A stretch of 64,000 nucleotides of DNA from contig JBILLK010000006.1 in NCBI GenBank assembly GCA_044376115.1, forward strand, positions 224,001 through 288,000. The letters are read 5' to 3'. Positions 59,320 to 64,000 of this stretch are shown here, piece after piece (within the stretch, counting starts at the first letter, position 1; every line of letters starts with the position of its first letter). This stretch comes from Polyangiaceae bacterium (lineage in GTDB: Bacteria > Myxococcota_A > Polyangia > Polyangiales > Polyangiaceae). The position numbers and the translations under genes were made by a program. Below the pieces are notes generated by a model, which saw nothing but the letters and a program-made list of their open reading frames with translations, did no database searches and was not told the origin of the DNA.

Positions 59320-59988
59320 ATGAAACCTCGAAGCACGGCCCTGCATGTCCCCCTGTTGTTCTCGGTTCTATTGCTGCTCGCTCCGATGGCGGCTCTCACG
59401 GGCTGTGCTCCCAGCGCTCCCCGGGCCTTCCCGACACGAGTTGGCCCGCCTGCTGTTCCAGAAACGACGTTGGTCTGGGTTGGGACAGGTGAGGCTGAAC
59501 GCTACGTCGATGGGGAGTGGCGAAGGGCGCCGGAGTTTGACTACGAGTTCTCGGTGGAGCAGCGGCGCTACGCGGGACAATGGCAGTCGATCAAGAGCCT
59601 ACGCCGGCGCCACCCAGCGTATGACGGCAGCGCGGGCCCGCGCGAAGAGACCTGGTTCTTCAACCTGGAACTGCAGGCCGAGCAGCAGGGGCAGCTGCCC
59701 GTGGTGGTGGTCTCATCGCTCGGGGACGGTCAAGGCAGGATGGACTCCCAGTTTCGAGCTGCGACGCTCGAGATGAAGCCGGAGATCTCTTCGCTCGCCC
59801 CCTTCAATACCTATCTAATCGAGCAGCGCTACTTGTATGAGGAGGGCTCGCTCGAAGAGACTGTCTCACTCACGAAACGCGAGGCGGGGGGCGATGCTCC
59901 CATCGTTCGGAATCGCGAGCGTGCCAGGCTGTTCGCGCCGCAGTCCTTTAGCGGAGTGCCTGGTAAAGCCAGCGTTGCCGCAAACTAG
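59320..59988 (+). CDS. Hypothetical lipoprotein, beta-rich
   Basis: Lipobox LTGC, divergent from LysR. Confidence 0.65.
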   Translation: MKPRSTALHVPLLFSVLLLLAPMAALTGCAPSAPRAFPTRVGPPAVPETTLVWVGTGEAERYVDGEWRRAPEFDYEFSVEQRRYAGQWQSIKSLRRRHPAYDGSAGPREETWFFNLELQAEQQGQLPVVVVSSLGDGQGRMDSQFRAATLEMKPEISSLAPFNTYLIEQRYLYEEGSLEETVSLTKREAGGDAPIVRNRERARLFAPQSFSGVPGKASVAAN

Positions 59989-60626
59989 AGGGCGCGCGAG
60001 GGCTGAGCTTGGGCGATCGCGGGCGGGGGCGCTTTCTTCCGGCGCCAAAAGGAGACGGCCAGCCCGATGGGTGCGAGCACGACGCCCAAGCTCATGAAGC
60101 TGGCCATACAAGCCATTCCGGCCGCAGCGAGCCCAGCGAAGCGGGCGACGTCCGCCACCCGAGCCGGCACCGGGGGGGCGTCTGTCTTCAGCTCGGACTT
60201 GGTCTCCCCGACGGTCTTTGCGAGCAGCGACTGCACATCTTCGCCGTACAGCGAGTGCGAGTTAACGCCGCGAACGAACGCGCGAAAGACCCGAATGGGG
60301 GCGAGGAAGAGGCCGCCGGCGAGCCCTGCGAGATTGAGGAACCAGGCGGCGTAGAAGTCTTTGCATCCCGCGCCCAGCTCCCAAGCCGAGATCTCCAGCT
60401 CTCCCCGAAGATCGGTCTGATAGCCGGTCACGATGTGATGCAAGTCATGCACGGCCAGGGCGCGAACGCGGCCCTGCGTGTTGGGAAAGGGGAAGGGGAT
60501 GGGGCCGAGCATGAAGTCCACCCAGGCGTCGTTGTATCCCCCATCGTCGCCGAAGTTGTTTGCGGCGAAGTAGAACGCCTTGGCGCGCTGTAATGTCCAA
60601 CGAGGATCGTAATCGAGCTGTGGCAT
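59985..60626 (-). CDS. Coq4-like HDxxH metal-motif membrane protein
   Basis: HDLHHIVTGY.TD..GE and hydrophobic helices. Confidence 0.6.
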   Translation of the reverse strand: MPQLDYDPRWTLQRAKAFYFAANNFGDDGGYNDAWVDFMLGPIPFPFPNTQGRVRALAVHDLHHIVTGYQTDLRGELEISAWELGAGCKDFYAAWFLNLAGLAGGLFLAPIRVFRAFVRGVNSHSLYGEDVQSLLAKTVGETKSELKTDAPPVPARVADVARFAGLAAAGMACMASFMSLGVVLAPIGLAVSFWRRKKAPPPAIAQAQPSRAL

Positions 60627-60640
60627 GACTATGCTCCGGG

Positions 60641-60669
60641 TGAGTGATTCAAGTCAGTGAGTGTACTCA
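60641..60669. promoter_or_regulatory. Putative TetR operator(s)
   Basis: TGAGT-GT-ACTCA at 60658-60669 and related TGAGTGATTCA at 60641-60651, between divergent genes. Confidence 0.5.
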
Positions 60670-61365
60670 ATGAGTAAGGTCATTGGATCTGGCCGTCAAG
60701 ACGCGGAGGCGGCGGATTCTGCGCTCCGCGGCAAAAAGTCAGTGGTTTCGGGCCGTGCTGGCTCACGAAAGGAGCAAAAAGAGGACACTCGTCAGAAGGT
60801 TCGGGCGGCCGCGCTCGAGCTCTTTAGTTCTCGCGGCTTCGACGAGACCTCGACCAAAGAGATCGCTGAGCGAGCCGGGGTCGCTGGCGGAACCGTGTTC
60901 GTCCACGCGCCCGACAAGGAAGACCTGTTGTGCCTCGTCATGCACGAGCTGCTCTCGAGCACGATGGCGCGAGCCTTCGAGTCGTTGCCAGCTGGCCCTC
61001 TCGACGAGCAGGTTCTTCACGTCTTTGGTGAGCTGTTCAAGATGTACGCTCTGCACCCAAAGCTCGCGCAGCCCTTCGTTGCCGTGAGCGCGGCAGCGCG
61101 CTCGCAGGGGCCAAACGCTATGGCGGTGGGGCAGCTTACCTTCGAGTTGATGGGGCGCTTTGCTGCGCTCGTGACCGAGGCCCAAGCCAGCGGCTCAGTG
61201 GAGGCCGAGGTCCCACCGTTACTCTTGGCGCAGAACCTGATGGCGCTCTACTTCTTCTCGCTGATGTCGTGGACCAGCGGCTACGTAAGTCATGAAGCAG
61301 CCTTTGATCCGCAGTTGACCATGTCGGTGCGGCTCTCGCTGCGCGGGGCGTACACACGCACCTGA
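60661..61365 (+). CDS. TetR/AcrR-family regulator
   Basis: AALELF..RGFDET....IAERAGV..GTVF.H..KEDLL. Start may be 60670. Confidence 0.92.
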   Translation: MYSMSKVIGSGRQDAEAADSALRGKKSVVSGRAGSRKEQKEDTRQKVRAAALELFSSRGFDETSTKEIAERAGVAGGTVFVHAPDKEDLLCLVMHELLSSTMARAFESLPAGPLDEQVLHVFGELFKMYALHPKLAQPFVAVSAAARSQGPNAMAVGQLTFELMGRFAALVTEAQASGSVEAEVPPLLLAQNLMALYFFSLMSWTSGYVSHEAAFDPQLTMSVRLSLRGAYTRT

Positions 61366-61450
61366 GCGCGAAGGCCCATCACAACGATGGCGCGGCCCAT
61401 CTTTCTGGCCGTGGTTAGCGGGTAGCCGAGGCTTTGTGGCTGCGTTCTGT

Positions 61451-61466
61451 CGGTATGCATCGTGCT
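61451..61466 (+). promoter_or_regulatory. Possible sigma-54 promoter of the efflux operon
   Basis: CGGTAT-GCATC-GTGCT with GG at 61452-53 and GC at 61464-65. Confidence 0.35.
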
Positions 61467-61482
61467 CCCCGTGAAAGGGCCG

Positions 61483-62754
61483 ATGTCAACCGCAACCAAT
61501 CCTGTCGCGACGCTGGACGCCGCACCTGCCGTCAAGGCGCTGCCTGCAAAGACCACCGCCGAGGTGGAGAAGATCCTCGGGAAGGGCAAACACTCGCGAA
61601 CGCGGAGTCTGCTGCTCTGGGGCGGCGTAGCGCTCGTCGTCGTCGGGCTGGCCGTAGGTTTGATCGTTTGGCGCATGCGCGTTGCGTCCGCCGGACCAAG
61701 CTACGTAACTGCGGGTGTCGAGCGCGGTGACGTTGTCGTAACGGTGACCGCCACAGGGCTCTTGCAGGCCCTTACGACGGTGGAGGTCGGCGCTGAGGTA
61801 ACCGGCAAGCTTTTGTCGGTGAACGTCGAGGCCAACGACCTGGTTCGAAAAGGACAGGTCCTCGCCGAGATCGACCCGGAGCAGCTGCAGGCGCTAGCCG
61901 ACCAAGCGGCCGCTCAGGTGGCTCAGGCGCAAGCTGGAATCGTGCTGGCTCGAGCGACCATGAACGAGGCGAAGCTCGCCCTTGGTCGAGCGCGCAGTAT
62001 GCAACTCGAGGGGCTCCTTGGTCGCAGCGATCTCGAGGCCGCTACGGCCGCCAATGCGCGAGCTGGCGCTAGCCTCGCGAGCGCCTACGCTGGGGCCACG
62101 TTGGCAAAGGCTGCGCTGGACTCAGCCACGGCGCGCTTGGAGAAGACGCGCATTCTCTCGCCCATCGACGGCAGTGTCCTCTCGCGTTTGGTCGAGCCGG
62201 GGCAGACGGTGACAGCCGGGTTCTCCACGCCGGTGTTGTTCAAGCTGGCCCAGGACCTTACGCAGATGCGGCTCAATGTCGATATTGACGAGGCCGACGT
62301 GGGCCGGGTGCATGACGGGCTCGAGGCGAGCTTCACGGTAGAGGCTTATGTCGGTAGGCGATTCCCATCGAAACTGCTCTCGCTCGAGAACGAGCCGAAG
62401 ACCACGCAGAACGTAGTCACGTATCAAGCGGTGTTGGCGGTCGACAACAGTGAGCGCCTATTGCGCCCGGGTATGACGTGTACCGCCGCGATCGTGGCCG
62501 AGACCCGCCTCGCTGTGTTGACCGTGCCCAACGCAGCTCTGCGTTTCGCGCCGGTGAGCAAGGAGCCCAAGCACAAGCAGGCCGGCAGTGTAGAGGCCAA
62601 TGCGCAGCAACATGTATGGCTGCTGCGCGACGAGGTGCCAGTCGAGGTGGAGGTGGTGGTGGGCGTTTCGGATGGGATTGTGACCGAGATCCTGAGCGGC
62701 GATCTCGAGCTGGGCAGCCAGGTCATCATCGACGCGGTCGAGCCCGCGACGTGA
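61483..62754 (+). CDS. MacA-like periplasmic adaptor subunit
   Basis: TM anchor, VEVGAEVTG, V.KGQVLA.ID, SPIDG.V, IDEADVG, LRPGMT. Confidence 0.93.
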   Translation: MSTATNPVATLDAAPAVKALPAKTTAEVEKILGKGKHSRTRSLLLWGGVALVVVGLAVGLIVWRMRVASAGPSYVTAGVERGDVVVTVTATGLLQALTTVEVGAEVTGKLLSVNVEANDLVRKGQVLAEIDPEQLQALADQAAAQVAQAQAGIVLARATMNEAKLALGRARSMQLEGLLGRSDLEAATAANARAGASLASAYAGATLAKAALDSATARLEKTRILSPIDGSVLSRLVEPGQTVTAGFSTPVLFKLAQDLTQMRLNVDIDEADVGRVHDGLEASFTVEAYVGRRFPSKLLSLENEPKTTQNVVTYQAVLAVDNSERLLRPGMTCTAAIVAETRLAVLTVPNAALRFAPVSKEPKHKQAGSVEANAQQHVWLLRDEVPVEVEVVVGVSDGIVTEILSGDLELGSQVIIDAVEPAT

Positions 62755-63491
62755 GCCCGGCGGACACACTCGGTAACGCACCCTTGGCTCAACTATCCCA
62801 AGTAACGAAGGTCTACGGTACGGGGGAGAGCGAGGTGCGCGCGCTCGCCGGTGTCGACCTACGCATCGACGATGGAGAGTTCGTCGCGGTGATGGGCGCG
62901 AGTGGGTCGGGCAAGTCGACCTGCTTGAACATGCTCGGGTGCCTCGATGTGCCAACGGCTGGTCACTATCTCTTTCGCGGAGTCGACGTGGGCAGACTCA
63001 GCTTGGATCAGCTGGCGCTCTTGCGACGGAACTTCCTCGGTTTCGTGTTCCAAGGCTTCAACCTTTTGCCACGCACGAGCGCGCTCGAGAACGTCGAATT
63101 GCCACTCATTTATCGACGCGTAAGCGCGAAGGATCGGCGTGCGCGCGCAATGCAGGCATTGCAGGACGTCGGCTTGGGCGAGCGAGCTCGACACACGCCC
63201 GCAGAGCTCTCCGGGGGGCAACAGCAGAGGGTGGCGATCGCGCGGGCGATCGTCACCGAGCCGCAGTTGCTATTGGCCGACGAGCCAACCGGGAACCTCG
63301 ATTCGGCGCGCAAGGTGGAGATCATGAAGCTCTTGGTCGAGCTGAATCAGCGGCGCGGTATCACCATCGCGATGGTCACCCACGAGTCGGACCTGATCCG
63401 CTTCGTCAGCCGTACGGTGAGCTTTCGCGACGGCCTCATCGAGAAGGATCAATCGACTCATGCTCCAGATAGCGAGTTAGCCGCATCATGA
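62751..63491 (+). CDS. ABC transporter ATP-binding protein (MacB/LolD-type)
   Basis: [43 protein letters not shown]. Confidence 0.96.
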   Translation: MSPADTLGNAPLAQLSQVTKVYGTGESEVRALAGVDLRIDDGEFVAVMGASGSGKSTCLNMLGCLDVPTAGHYLFRGVDVGRLSLDQLALLRRNFLGFVFQGFNLLPRTSALENVELPLIYRRVSAKDRRARAMQALQDVGLGERARHTPAELSGGQQQRVAIARAIVTEPQLLLADEPTGNLDSARKVEIMKLLVELNQRRGITIAMVTHESDLIRFVSRTVSFRDGLIEKDQSTHAPDSELAAS

Positions 63492-64000
63492 TTGGAACCA
63501 CCATCGTGATGGCGCTGCGGGAGATTCGCCGTAACACCATGCGCTCTGCGCTGACGACGCTAGGCATCGTAATTGGGGTGGGCTCGGTGATCGCCATGGT
63601 CACCTTGGGCCGAGCGACCAGCGCGAAGGTCGCGGCGGATATTGCGAGCATGGGCGCCAATTTGTTGATCGTTACGCCGGGCGCCGAGCGCCACGGCCCG
63701 ACCAGCGCTGTCGCGCGCGCGCTCGAACTCGCCGACGCTGAGGCCATTCAGAGCTCCGTCGCCGCTGTCGCCGAGGTGGCTCCGACCTCGAGCCAAGGCG
63801 CCCTGATCGTTTATGGCAATCGCAATTGGAGTAGTTCAGTCACCGGGACGACCAACGCCTATTTCATCGTACGGGGGCTGACGCTATCGGAGGGCCAGGC
63901 TTTCTCGGAGGCCCAGCTCTCCGGCGCGACGCCCGTCTGCATCCTGGGTGAGACCGTGCGCAAAGAGCTGTTTGGCCAGCAGCAAGCGATGGGAGCCTCG
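63488..64000 (+). CDS. MacB-type ABC permease, truncated by the window end
   Basis: [35 protein letters not shown], read directly from the sequence. ATGA overlap. Confidence 0.9.
   Translation, partial: MIGTTIVMALREIRRNTMRSALTTLGIVIGVGSVIAMVTLGRATSAKVAADIASMGANLLIVTPGAERHGPTSAVARALELADAEAIQSSVAAVAEVAPTSSQGALIVYGNRNWSSSVTGTTNAYFIVRGLTLSEGQAFSEAQLSGATPVCILGETVRKELFGQQQAMGAS

Overview
High-GC, gene-dense bacterial chromosomal segment with about 56 protein-coding genes. I found no rRNA, tRNA, CRISPR array, transposase or integrase. The gene repertoire (a MYXO-CTERM protein, DUF2378, a DUF1592/DUF1552 pair, many Gly-linker and Cys-rich lipoproteins, eukaryote-like Ser/Thr kinases, a sigma-54 activator) points to a myxobacterium, probably Polyangiaceae/Sorangium-like (inference). 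Housekeeping genes (coaD, gluQ, pcnB, skp, fabZ, sthA, PhoH-family, YebC-family, MacAB-like efflux) are interspersed with accessory envelope genes. Most interesting: (1) a TlpA / DUF4266 / DUF3570 beta-barrel locus with no ApbE flavin transferase but three c-type-heme lipoproteins, a candidate outer-membrane redox conduit; (2) a two-gene operon of a SPASM-type radical SAM enzyme and a cobalamin radical SAM enzyme fused to a PIMT-like methyltransferase, with no visible precursor; (3) skp-fabZ without lpxD/lpxA plus a serine palmitoyltransferase-like gene, suggesting a sphingolipid-based, LPS-less envelope; (4) a lipoprotein with five LDL-receptor class A repeats; (5) a DEDDh exonuclease-WYL fusion; (6) recurring leaderless-type and sigma-54 promoter geometry. 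All family assignments come from motif recognition by eye, not database searches.
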